From NCBI GenBank assembly GCA_963693365.1, contig CAVNZM010000001.1, positions 1,688,407 to 1,752,406 on the forward strand: a DNA stretch of 64,000 bases. The letters are read 5' to 3'. The DNA comes from Amoebidium appalachense (Eukaryota; Protista; Ichthyosporea). The notes below the pieces were generated by a model. The model was not told the DNA's origin and ran no database searches. It worked only from the letters and a program-made list of their open reading frames with translations. The position numbers and the translations under genes are program-made. Below are positions 1 through 12,933 of this stretch, in pieces; within the stretch, counting starts at the first letter, position 1; every line of letters begins with the position of its first letter.

Positions 1-1215
1 CCACGTGCGGGGGTGGGGGTGGAACGAGGCGGAACGTTACCTGCGTAATAAAAGTGCTGGCACATGATCCTGTATTAAGATTACACGGCGGTCCGTTCGT
101 TTCGAAGTGTCAGATCCCGTACCGTACGCGTCCCGACATTCCGGGCAACATCCTACAATTATATACATATACGTTTGATGTTAACATAAATCACTTAGTG
201 CTTATATCAGTTTTATAGGCCAATAAGGTCTACATCAACTAGCTAGTGCAAACATTAGCTTTCAAAAGAAGTTGGACTATGGACATATATATGTAACGCG
301 TTGGCCCAACGGTTGGAGGCCCCTGCATCTTCTACGCGGATAGATCCACAATGATAGCACATGATCACTTGGTTGCCAATCAGAAAATGTCAAGCGGCTG
401 CGATCTAAGCGAAGCAAAAAGTAATTGTTGCAGCGCAAATCGCCGTACAACTATACTACGTTTTCTACTAATGTATCTTGTTGCGTGGATGTAATGTTGG
501 CCTTGTTACTGGCACCCGATTATAGCTCACGGGTTGTTTCTAATAAACAGCATATTTTCCTCAATTGTGACTCCTAAATATGTTTAACAGTTCTCTGAAC
601 TGAGGCCAATACGTACGTACGTGTATACACGTGCATGTAGCATGTGGTTGGATTGGGCCTCAAAACTGCGCTGAAACAGTCTTGGTAATTCTTTCATACA
701 AGGATCAATGTAAAGTTTTGGGACATGACCTTTTCGATTTTGTTTTTCGTTGTACAGTGTAGTTCAGCTAGCCACTGTCTGGAGCAGGAAAGGTCGAGCT
801 CGGGTTTGAAATCTGTTTGCGGGCTTTGCCCACCTCTCAATATTGTGGATCTTTGGATCTGAGTGGTGGATCTTGCTCCCGAATTTTTAATTGTTGATTT
901 CGCAACCAATCATATTGAATACTACACTCTTCCAAACCCTGCCATTTGGACCTGGTTTGTATACCAATATCGCTACAAATATGCACAAAAAGGCGTACAG
1001 GCCTAACACAGATCAAAGAGGTATATACAGATTCTCAGTATTTGTATAACCTTTTACCGTCGCCGCAGTTTCTTAGATCTACAGTATTGCTCTAGATCTT
1101 ACTTGCGTACAAAAAGCCCGGCCACCCGGTTATTGCGCGCATTCTGCCCCTGTTCGTTCATTGGTTGCGGTCTGGTTGCTGATTTTTTAGCCTAGAGGTT
1201 CGCCATATATTTTAT

Positions 1216-1370
1216 CCAGGGTTTGTGTTACGAATCGTATCGGCCTAAAATACGATTTAAAAAACCCCGTAATACGATTAACAGGAGCTATCCAATTAGT
1301 AAATACGACCCTGAGTGGTGTCAAAATCCACGGAATTTGCCTAAATACGATTAAGAACGCCAAACCCCGG
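1216..1370. mobile_element. Possible decayed MITE-like inverted-repeat element
   Basis: Imperfect ~25 bp inverted ends CCAGGGTTTGTGTTACGAATCGTAT ... ATACGATTAAGAACGCCAAACCCCGG, with internal AATACGA repeats. No target-site duplication recognised. Confidence 0.35.
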
Positions 1371-1784
1371 CAATGCCTGATTTTATCTAGTATCAACGTT
1401 TCTGTATTAGCTTCTAAAGGTTATATAACATACTATATTTATTTCAACAATAAAGGACACGGTGCGGTTACCACTCATTAGATATACCGTTGGAGCTCAA
1501 TTAAATGTCTGCGATTTCATTGGCGTTAAGTCACATAGATGCAGCACCACAGTTCCATTATATAAGCACTGGCGAGGCCATCATTAGATCAGTTCTGGAT
1601 TTTCGGTGGGAAACGGCGGATCTATCTGAATCTATTTTGTTTCTTGTGCCGTGCGAAGTTCTTGTCGGTTCTACCCCGTTTTCCTTTTCCTTTTCTTTTT
1701 TCCTTTTCCTTTTCAAAGAATATTAGGTGGTTTTCCTTACCTTACACCAGATATCGTTTTACTGCACATACACGCAACACAAAA

Positions 1785-3430
1785 ATGTACCAACACCAAA
1801 CAGAGGTCTCCTCAGGGAGTAGCCATTTCATGTCAAACGACTTTGCAGACCCCTATTTCGGGGACAGGTTGGGCTCTCCCACCTACGACTACCCCCCCAT
1901 GGCACGCAGCCTAGACATGCACGTTGGAGATTCAGAGTTTGACAGGTGGAACGTGGAGGAAGAATGGACGGGCGCCACAGGAGGCATTACTGGGCAGAGG
2001 ATTGGGGGTGGTACCGGTTATGGCCACAGCACAAGAACTATAAACCCATCCACGTTTGCGCCAGAACCTCCCATGCCTTTCGGACCGGTAAGTGTGTGGC
2101 TTAACCTCCTTTTTATTAGTTTTACTTGGTCTTTAACGTGTGTTTTGTGCTTGTTGAATAGTGCACGAGAGTTGGTCTGAAAACCTGCATTACCGTGAGA
2201 TGTTATAGCGCAAAACGACTCCTTGATTGAGATGAGCACCAAAAATCGAAACATTGTCAAGTAATACCGCCAGAAGGGATGATGAAAAGGCACTAAACTC
2301 ACTGCTTCATTTACAAACGGAAGCCTTCTCGACACTTTTTTTTTTTCAAACAGCACTTGCGATTATAAAAGCCATTTAGTTTTTTAAGATTTGATATTAC
2401 AATGGAAGCCTCTGTATTCCTCTCCTCGCCCGACAGCAGTGTGACTTTTATGCCTCCATTTTTTTATGTTTCAATGAACTGTGTTTCAAAAATCGTATAA
2501 TGTACGCATAGAGCAGCGAATCACTGTGACGTGTTGGCCTACATCGTTTAGGGGGGATGTGCTTTATTTACACGGTCTGTCGTTTGTTTTCCCCAGGTTG
2601 ATTCTTCGAGGTTAATTCATAGATTCTCTACATGTCGTTTCGTAAAGCCTCGATTTCATCCCTTCTAATTTCGCCACACCACTTGTTAGACAGTAATTAA
2701 TACCTAGTGTTTGGTGCCTTTTATAATGTTTTGCTTGTAACTGCTGATAACCTCACAATCAAGGGGAACTTGCACGTGTAACAAACTCTTAATAGCACCC
2801 TTTCTCAGTTCGGCTATTAACACTTCAGATTCAGAACATGCCGTTTACAACTGCCCATTTTCGAGTTTCCCTCCCTCCATCCAACTTGAAATCGGATCTT
2901 ATCATGGACTAAACCACCCCTTTCCCCCCAAACAAATATAACCAGCAGTGAACTAACACACCCGTTTCTTTTCCACTTTTTTTTTCTTTTACGCAGGCGG
3001 ACGATGGAGCACTTGACGAAGTTCTTTTCAACGCCGTCCAGAACCACAACATCGGCCTTCTCAAGCAACTAATCACCATGCACCACGTCGACATCAACAC
3101 CACAGACACACAAGGCACCACCCCACTTATTATGGCGGCAAAACTCAGCTACAACGATGTTATTACTTTTTTGGTGGAGGGTGGCGCTGATGTATGTTGG
3201 GACTATCCCCCCTCCCCCCTCCCCCCCCCCCCTCCTCTTCCTTTCATGCGCATGCAGACCTGCTTCCCTCGAACCTCCTTCCCCCCCCCCCCCCCCCCCC
3301 CCGGCATACACAAACACACAGAGACACACACGAACACACACACACGCACACACATACACACGCACACGCACACACACTAAATACCACGGCCGGGGCACCT
3401 AACCTTGGAGACGCCCATCCATATGTTCAG

Positions 3431-3466
<36 letters not shown>

Positions 3467-4943
3467 GGCCCCCACCCACCCACCCACCCACCTCACCTTC
3501 CACCCCACCCCCCACCCCCCCCTTCCCTGGACACAAAGTATCGCTGCAACACACACACAACACACACACACACATTCGATCTAATGTTTTTTTCTCGTGC
3601 CAAAAACCCGTTTCTTCTCATACTTCTCCACGACCTCCCACTCACATCTCTTCTTGCCCCTCAGGTGAACGGCAGAGACAGCAAATCCTGGACAGCTCTT
3701 CACTGGGCCGCAGTCTTAAACAACGTACTAGCCGTGGCGAGTCTTTTCCACTACGGAGCAGACACGCAGGCGCGCACACAGGGAGGGAAAACAGCCCTAG
3801 ACCTTGCCGTACTTAAGCAACACCATGAGGTGGTGACGTATCTCACACAAGACGTTAAGAAGGTGAACGGGGGGCAAAACGAGAACAAGCAGGGGGTGGT
3901 GTCTGCGGCGGCGGGGGGTGTTTCGGCGGTGGCGGGGGCGAATGGACAGCCTAAGGCTGTGAGGGCGTGTGTCGAGTGTATGAGCTCTGAAACGGTAAGA
4001 TTTCATGCCCCCCATCAGTAATCATTCCTATCCCTTCTTACCCCCCCTCCCTCCCCCCCTCCCCCCCCTCCCCCCGTGCCCTTTCCTTCTCCTCCGTCCC
4101 TCCCTTTCTCCCCATTAAACACCTCCTATGCACACATCAAAAGAAGAAAGTGGAAGAGAGCAATCCCTATCAATTTCCTCTCCCCCCTTTCCCCCCCTTT
4201 TTTTGCATCTTCTCCGTCCCTCCTCCTCTTCCTTTTTGAACACCTCCTACCCATCAAAAGAAGAAGGAAGAAGAGAAGACACACGAGCAAGCAAGCACAC
4301 ACACAAAGGGACAAAAGCACACTATCATTGCACGTGCCACTGACACGGACACACACACACACACACACACTCACTCACTCACTCACTCACTCACTCACTC
4401 ACTGACTCACTCACTTACCCTCTCATAGAGAGGAACAAATAGATATATATATACCACAGACTTTGAGCAAGAAGGGCTAATACCCAGAAACCTCGAAAAA
4501 CGAAACGCAAGAACCATTCTCACGTTTCTTCTCTCCTCCCCAAACAGCCCCAGTGGCGCCGTGGTCCCGACGGTACGGTTTGCCTCTGCAACGCATGCGG
4601 ACTCAAATACATTAAGCGCATGCGCAGGGAACGCCAGCAACTTGCAAAGATGCAACAACAACAGCATGGGGCACATGGAATGGACAAATACCAAGCACAA
4701 GCACTCGTGGGGACACTCGCAGACACAACGGGCGGGAAAATGTCGCAGCAAAATGGGGTGAATAGGAGACCCACACCGTATGGGGTTAGCGGGGGTGCAA
4801 GGGGGCATGTGGGTGGGAATGGCGGGCAGGAATGGCAGTCTCCGAGTGGGGGCCAGGGGCAGTATATGCAGGCGAGGACTTTGGTGGCGACGGCGGCGCA
4901 GTCACCTACGCAGTATATGACGGCGACGATTAGAAGGATGTAG
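1785..4943 (+). CDS. Ankyrin-repeat + GATA zinc-finger protein (~407 aa, 4 exons: 1785-2087, 2997-3191, 3665-3994, 4548-4943)
   Basis: All introns are GT..AG and phase 0; branch-like ACTAAC at ~2952. Ankyrin motifs GTTPLIMAAK...GGAD|VNGRDSKSWTALHWAA...GKTALDLAV. Splicing exon 3 to exon 4 builds CVECMSSET|PQWRRGPDGTVCLCNACGLKY, a C-x2-C-x18-C-x2-C GATA finger followed by a basic tail. Confidence 0.9.
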
Positions 4944-5096
4944 GTGTGTGCGTGTGCGTGTGTGTGTGTGTTGGGTTAAAGAATGTTCGTAGTAGGTGAG
5001 AGGGCGGGGGGAGGGGGGGGGTGGTTTACGTGGGGGGTTTTTAGATTTAGACATAGGAAATGAGTTGGAAAGAAGTGCAACCCTTACAGCGAGTGT

Positions 5097-5131
<35 letters not shown>

Positions 5132-5338
5132 TGTTGGTGTTTGTTGAATTTAGGGTTATTTGGTGCTCCACGATTCTTTTTCCGTATGCCTCTGCAGGTT
5201 TATGCGTGACGCTTGTTCATGACATCTACTGATGCGGAATTTCTCTTCATGAACTCAAAAACACGTTGTACACCGCCTCTCTCTACTTGAAACAGAATGC
5301 CTTGTTGTTAACCCCGTGACTATATTATTAATGGGGGT

Positions 5339-5372
<34 letters not shown>

Positions 5373-5688
5373 CTTTCTGGTTGCTTTGCGAAGGAGTCTA
5401 CCATTGAATGATTTCCTATATGAAATTACGGGTACCTAAGATATCGGCATGAAACAGTGAATGACTTGGCTGTGTTTTTGTTTCGGAATTTAGCACCCTG
5501 CTGGCTGGCCCAGCAAAAAGAATTCTTACCCTGATGACTGAATATAGTTGAACTGTTAAAGACTAATTGCCCGGTTGCCCGGAGTTGAATATTACAATTC
5601 CACACTCTCTGATCCACTGACCCACCCCCCTTCCCCTCCAACCCCTCCCCCCCCCCTCTTCCCCCCCTCTCCCTTCCCCTTCCCGTAA

Positions 5689-5831
5689 TGTGGATGACGT
5701 CCCCCCCCCCCCCCCCCCCCCCCCCCGAGGATGGGCTCTGCTTATTATGCATACTCTTCATATGTGGTTTGCACTCTGCATCGTGTTGCCCGTTATGAAT
5801 GTGTACTCCGTACTATATGGCCCGTTCAAAT
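5689..5831 (+). mobile_element. Poly-C-tailed element, subfamily A, truncated, with internal C-run expansion
   Basis: Reverse complement of the 28166-28262 / 44767-44890 type sequence; followed by a long C run. Confidence 0.75.
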
Positions 5832-8072
5832 CCCCCCCCCCCCCCCCCCCCCCCCCCCACCCCACACACACACACCTGTTTTTCTCTTTCTCACTCTCTT
5901 TCTCCCTCCCCCTCCCCCCTCCCCCCTCCCCACACACACACACACCCCTTTCTCTGTTTCTCTCTCTCTCTCCCTCCCCCCCCCCCCTCCCCCTTCCCCC
6001 TTCCCCGCGCCCCCCCCTCCCCCCCCCCATACGCAAAATATTTCTTTATGTGGTGGGGTTGTGCGCATCATTACTCCTGAGGGAGTCTGTGAATGTGGAC
6101 TTGGTACTCCCGTGTATAAAACACCAGTAGTCTAACCCCCCCCCCACCCCCCCCTACCCCACTTCCCCCTCACCACTCAGGATATCTCTATATTTGTGGT
6201 TAGTACGAGTTTCACTTCTCCATCTCTGGGGGGTGGGGAGGAGGGGGGGACAAGGAGATGGGGGCATGCATGTCGACAATAATATGTAGTGTGCCCCCCT
6301 CCCTCTCCCTCCCCCCTCCCTCTCCCCTCCCCCCTCCCCCTCCTCCCCCCCCTTCCCCCCCCCTCCCCCCTTCTCCCCCCCCCCCCCTCCCCCCCACCCC
6401 CCCACCGGCCCTCCCCTCTCCTTCCTCTACAACATACAAACAGACACACCCCTCCTCTTCACAATAATAGAAACAAAACCCCCACCCATCCACGCCCTCG
6501 AAGTTTTCGAGGGATATTGCCACACATTGCACCACACGTTGGTGTCGATATGCATGCCCATCCCCAGCACGCCTCCCCCCCAGGGCTCCGGCCACACACA
6601 AACACACACGCAAAGGCTGACACCCCTCATGCCTTCATGTTGCATTTTTTTAATCCTTTACTTCATCATCACTCCGTATCCTGCATCCATATTCAATCCC
6701 CCCCCCCCTCCCCCCCCCGCCCCTCCCTCCCTCCTTGCCCCCCCACACGTCACCCCCATCCCCCTAATACCCGCCTTAGGCCGGCCTCACGCGTTCACTC
6801 TCTGGCAACCATCATTTTTAGCTACTCCGGATCCCCCCCCCCCCCCCCCCTCCCCCCCCTCCCCCCCCCCCACCCCCCCCCACCCACCCCACCCACCCCA
6901 TAGCCCACCCACGCACCCACCCACCCACCCACCCACATATAAAAAGACACTTTCCACCACCACCATCCCCATAATTAATATCCCTCCTTTCCCCCTCGTT
7001 GTGAGGTAGACAGTTTGTGTATGTGCGTGTGTGTGTGTGTGTGTGTGTGCACGCGTCCGTACGGACCATTGGCGGTGTCTGTGTGTACATTTATGTGTAC
7101 CCTTAGCACAAAGGGGGAATGTACCACGTATGAGTCACGCCGAAAAACTCAAAGCAGCGATAAGCAGAGATATACATACGCAACATGAGTAGAGCCCATC
7201 AACCAATATCGACCCATTCACCCCACTCAAAAGCGACGCCCCCAGGGGGGGGGGGGGGGGGGGGGGGGGGGGGAGGGGGGGGGAAGAATGCAGGTACTAA
7301 TAATTATGTTACCTACAGTCTGACAGTAATTCATACGAGCAGCAGGTTTCCCTTGAACTCAGGCATCATTTGATACAAATCTGGAGTGTGGTACGCAGGG
7401 CCACGAAAATGCTTACCGGCCTTTTGAGAGGAAGGGGGAGAGTCAGAATGTGTTACAGTGTCACAGCAAAGCACACACAAGATGTACATATTATGATGAA
7501 GTGCCCATCGTCTCCTCGTCTCCGCGCCGGGGGGGGGGCTCCTGGGGGGGGGGGGGGGGGGGGGGGGTTTCGGATTTTTGACGAAACTGGATGCAGCGCA
7601 ATGATACGAAACAGAGTTCATTTCGATTTTTCTGCATGCGCGCACAGCGACACCTAATTTTTTGGGCGTCCTAGCCAGTAAGGCCAACCCGTTTTCCTGC
7701 CGTCCTTATATGTACAATTTGCATTTTCCGGTAGAATTGGGAATTCGACTGAAGCCTGCACTGGTTAACTATACAAGAATCCGGGAATACAGTACCATAT
7801 ACACCGAATATGCACACGTAACGGTTACAAACCGTACCAGCATGCATAAAAGCTCTGCCACATTCAGATTACTATAATGTACAGATAAGAGACCTGACAT
7901 GTAATGTATTGCTGTTATATACAAACCATTTTCATCAATCAATCCAATCATACGCTCAAACTTTACGTAGTAACAACCACGCTGTTGCACAAAGGCACCC
8001 CGCGGCCCACTTCTTCTTCATGAACCCCACCTCACATAGTAACCCCCCCCCCCCCTTCCGCAATGGCGAAAT

Positions 8073-8858
8073 TTAAGCACACACCAAAATATCATCAAAC
8101 ACAGCGTATTGGTCACTCTTCGGTGCCCAACTCGAACCGCTCCCACCGAAAAACGTCGCAAAGAGAAAGGTGTCCAGCTTGATCCCATCCGTTTTTCTCC
8201 ACAACACACCGTTCTTGCTCAATGCACTGCTTCCATCCTTCCACCCCTGCAAGACACCATCACTACTTTTCCCATCGTTCAACACTACGCGCTGGGAAAG
8301 AGTAATCCACCCATCCTTCTTCGCACTTGCTGACCAGGCATAATCATCACCATAAGAGGTATCCTGCCCTGGATGGTAGAGATAGTTCACCAGTTTCCCC
8401 TTTTCCCTCCACATAATGCGCGAGCTGAACCCGTCATAACCGCTCGAGCGTGAAAATCCCGAGTTGCAGTCCCCTCAGAACAGACCAGGAAGCTTCCCAC
8501 CCTTGCGGAAATCGAAATTTCCGACAAATTTTACGCGGAAACTCACGTACGCCTCGTTTGAAGCGGGGAAACTGGTGGCTACAAAAAGGGTGCAGTCGGT
8601 TCCCACACACCCGGATGGATAGGTAATTTGTAGGCCAGCCCCGGAGTAACCTTTCACAATTTTCGTGCCCCGAAAGTGTGAATTTGTCGATTCTGTGTGG
8701 AAGTCACTTCGAAGGTTGCTTGAAGTGTAGGTGGAGCCGATTTGGTGGTTGTCGAAATCCACATTGAGAACGGGTGATGTGTTGCCCCGGCACACACCGC
8801 CAAAAACACTGGCGACGGAGGCGAAAACGAACAAAGAACTCGCGAGTGTGTGCGCCAT
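8073..8858 (-). pseudogene. Secreted polysaccharide lyase, PL14-like (alginate lyase type), intronless, interrupted by one in-frame TGA at 8475-8477
   Basis: Signal-peptide-like N-terminus. Motifs FDFRKGGKLPGLF*G, GFSSRIMWR, DGVLQGWKDG, FATFFGGSGSSWAP. ORFs 8475..8858 and 8073..8414 are in the same frame, separated only by the TGA. Could be a base-call error rather than a true pseudogene. Confidence 0.75.
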
Positions 8859-10201
8859 TTTGTATGGTAAAAGAAAGAAAACTTCTATAAAAACGACAAG
8901 AAAACAACACCCAAGTTTTGATTCGAAACGCTTTGGTTGTGAGCTTCTGAACCTGAGTTCTTCAGAGTGAACATATGTACACTGTGGACAGTGTGGAGTA
9001 TTCAGTATTCAGCTTCAGCCACTCACCCCGAGTCACCCGGCGAGATGTGCTCAGAGATCTATGCGAGGAGCCAATCGGAGCGCGTATTTCCTGTCCTGGG
9101 CAGTGCAGGCGAGAAAAACAGTGCTATAAAATCGCTTTAAAAAATCTAACCAACCCAATGCAGTTCTAGAATTCCCCGCGGACCCCGGGTTGGCCTGTTT
9201 AATCCAATCATATCCAGTAATCTACCATTCGAATCTATCATATCCAGTAATCTATCGGCCGTTGTCCATTGGCGCAACTTGTGTATGCAACTTGGTCTTG
9301 GTGACAATACGCACGTGACGCTGTGTGTTGTGACTTCGCAAACCCCGTTCGGTCTGTCGGTCTTGCACAATTGCAAACTGTTTCTACGGTTGTAATCTCC
9401 ATGCGAGTATGTTTTAGATACTAATATAATGTAAGCTTAGAACAGTGACATATGGCGTATATTATACATCATCGCTCAAACCACTGAGCAATACGTGATC
9501 CTCTCCCTATACTATCCATCTGTCTTAGCTGGTTAACGTTGAAGCCGATATCGATTGTAGCGTGATCATAATATTTTTGTGGCAGCTTGTGAAGCTGAGG
9601 CTTTTCGAAGGCCTATTCTTGTACATACTGTACTGTAAATCTCATGCTTTTTTACAGGTTGCAGTTTTGTCCCTTTTGTCTTTCTTTCAGGGGCACTGGC
9701 TTTACATTTACATTGAAGTTTTGAGGCCGGCTTGGCAATACCAGATCATGTTGTTCGAACCCTGCGCAGGTCACAGTCACGGCCGCGGTCCGCCTACACA
9801 AATGATCGTAATCCGAGTAAACACTGTGAAAAGGCCCGATGATACAGTAGCCGGGCCCGCTGGGCATGTGTTCGCCTTTTTATGACACCTATGGATGACT
9901 AATTATAATGTGAACACAATTGCGAAGAGCACATTTTTTTCCCTTCCTTCTCTCGACAGACCTACCCCCAAACTCTATTTCCCTCTGGGGCCCCAGCCAC
10001 CACCACCACGGTGACGTCCCACCCACGTGCACCACGCTAGCCCTCAGCTCCCGGGTGATTTCCCCCAGCTAGCTCTCTTTCTCTCTAAATCTCTAGACAT
10101 CTTGCTCCTTTTTTGAGGGACTCGAAGCCTTGAAGGGTGGGGGGTGGGAGGGGGGGAGATGGAGGGAGGGGGTGGGTGGGTGGGTGGGGTCACCGTGGGG
10201 T

Positions 10202-10235
<34 letters not shown>

Positions 10236-10388
10236 GGGGGGGGGGGGGGAGGGGGGGGGAGCTCGAGGGGAGGGGCAGAGTTGGGGGGGGATGGGAAGAG
10301 TGGGGCGGGAGGGAAGATAGCCGCGGAAAAGGAGTGAGGGGGGAATAGGAGCGAGGGAGAAATAGTCGGAGCCCGATTGACGATTCGG

Positions 10389-10464
<76 letters not shown>

Positions 10465-10468
10465 TGAC

Positions 10469-10541
<73 letters not shown>

Positions 10542-10544
10542 TGA

Positions 10545-10619
<75 letters not shown>

Positions 10620-11433
10620 AGGGGAGGGGGGGGTTGGATTCCGGAAGGGTCCGAGGGAGGAACCGGGGAGGAAGATGGGGGGAAGCAACACCGAGCATTG
10701 AAACTGAAAACACACAAGTTTAATATGCGACTTGATAATTCAGTATATCCAATACAATATATATAGTATGCCAGAAACAGTAATTAATGCATATGAGGCA
10801 TACGTGGCAACTAGAAACTATAATGCACGATCAGAATTGAAATCAGCACAGAAATATAAAAAAAGTTTTTACTGAAAACAATAAAGAAAGTAGGAATACT
10901 ATATGCCAACGATCATGTGCATAATACACACACACAGAAACATGCACACAACTCCCCTCCCAGCTGCATGAGACCAGCTAGGTGACAATTGAGCCGCCAC
11001 AACTAGGGGGAGCGGCGGGGGGAGGGTGGGGAGGGGAAGGGGAGGGGGAGGGGAGGGAGGGGAGCGAAGTGTGGAGGGATGGAGTGGGGAAGGAAGGAAG
11101 GTTTTGGGGGGGGGGGGGGGGGGGGAGGCGGGGAAGGGGATGTACCTAAAATAGAGATTCACATCGGAGTGTGCTATTTGGATAAAACATAATTCATTTA
11201 CAATAATTATGACACGCAAGGTAAACACAGCCCAGGAACAACCAGAAATAACGAGAAGGGATCAAGGAAACACGGTCAGGGGAAAGAGCAGGACTGGCCA
11301 CAAGACATGGGCCATGAGTTGATGTTGAGACCCGTGTGTATGTGTCTCTCTCTCTCTCTCTCTCCCCCTCCCTCCCCCCCCCCCCCCTCCCCCCTTTCCC
11401 TCCCAACCCCCCCACCCCTTCTCTCTCTCTCTG

Positions 11434-11564
<131 letters not shown>

Positions 11565-11565
11565 G

Positions 11566-11599
<34 letters not shown>

Positions 11600-11773
11600 T
11601 TGAGGGAGGTGGGGAGGGGAGGGATGATATCATGTCTACATGCATGATTTCTGGGGAATGGGGATGTTTTTAAGGTTAATTTAGGAGGCAGGCCCAGCCG
11701 GAAGGGGGGGAGGGGGGGGGGGGGGGGGGGGATGGACACACACACACACACCCCTCTCACAGAGGCAATTTTT

Positions 11774-11816
<43 letters not shown>

Positions 11817-12127
11817 GTGCGTGCGCGCACACACGTCTGTGTGCACGGCATGGATGCATGCAGTATAGTATAGCAAGAATCTGTCCGTATGCACAAAAAC
11901 TCCCATGAATCGCACTTAGGTGCGCTCCTTGTTTTGGGTTTTTGATTAGAAGCGTTGTTTAAGTAACTGGGATTGGGTTGGAGAACGTTTCTTTAATAGT
12001 GTTTGGTTTGTCTTTGCATATATTTCAGATGCTGTTACTCGTGGCCGCCAAGCCAACGGCACGTACAGTGCCTGGTGTAGCCTGGTGACGGGGGGAAGTG
12101 TGTGTGCGTGCATGCGCGCACGCGTGC

Positions 12128-12181
<54 letters not shown>

Positions 12182-12933
12182 CGTGCGGGTGTGCGTGTGC
12201 GTGTGCGTGTGCGTGTGTGTTTGTCCACAGATGTACATCTCGTAACGTCGTTTCTAACTTGTATCTTGTTGGGTGGAAGCTTCGTACTGTTAACTTTGGT
12301 GCCGGCACGTCATCACAGCTCAACTACACGTCAAAAAGCACCTTCCTCACTATTTTCATGTGAACACGGGGCTAGGCTTGCCTCACAGGTTTGACCTTGA
12401 TTTTTAATGGAGCCAGATGAAGTTTATTTGGTCACTGACTTCGGCCGGTGACTTCCAACGCCTCATGCTGTATTCCATGATAATAATGCCTTATAGGAGT
12501 AATTATCAGCACAAACTATACCTATGTACTAATATGTATATTCGTATGATAGTACACACACGTGGCCATGCATGTGCCAGAAAGCGCAATAACTTGTAAC
12601 AACTCGCACCTACGCGTGGTTTGAGTAACGCAGACTGAGTCGCGCAAACGACTCAGTGTTAACTTTTGGCCACGGCCATCTAGAGACTCGAGTCTCGTGC
12701 TTTTGGCGCGCAAATTGTTTTTGCGTAAACGTTTGCTAATACAAATTTGACGCGTTTCTTCATTTGTGAAAAACTCGTGTCACAAAATCCTGAAGTACAC
12801 TATTAACCTGCCCTAATATTAGTTTTTTCTTTTTTCTTTTCTTTCTTTCGTTCTTTCTTTTTTTTCTTTTTTTGCTAAACCCACCGTTTAGGCGCCGAAC
12901 CTCCTACTTTGAACGGATATTGCAACCGCAAAC

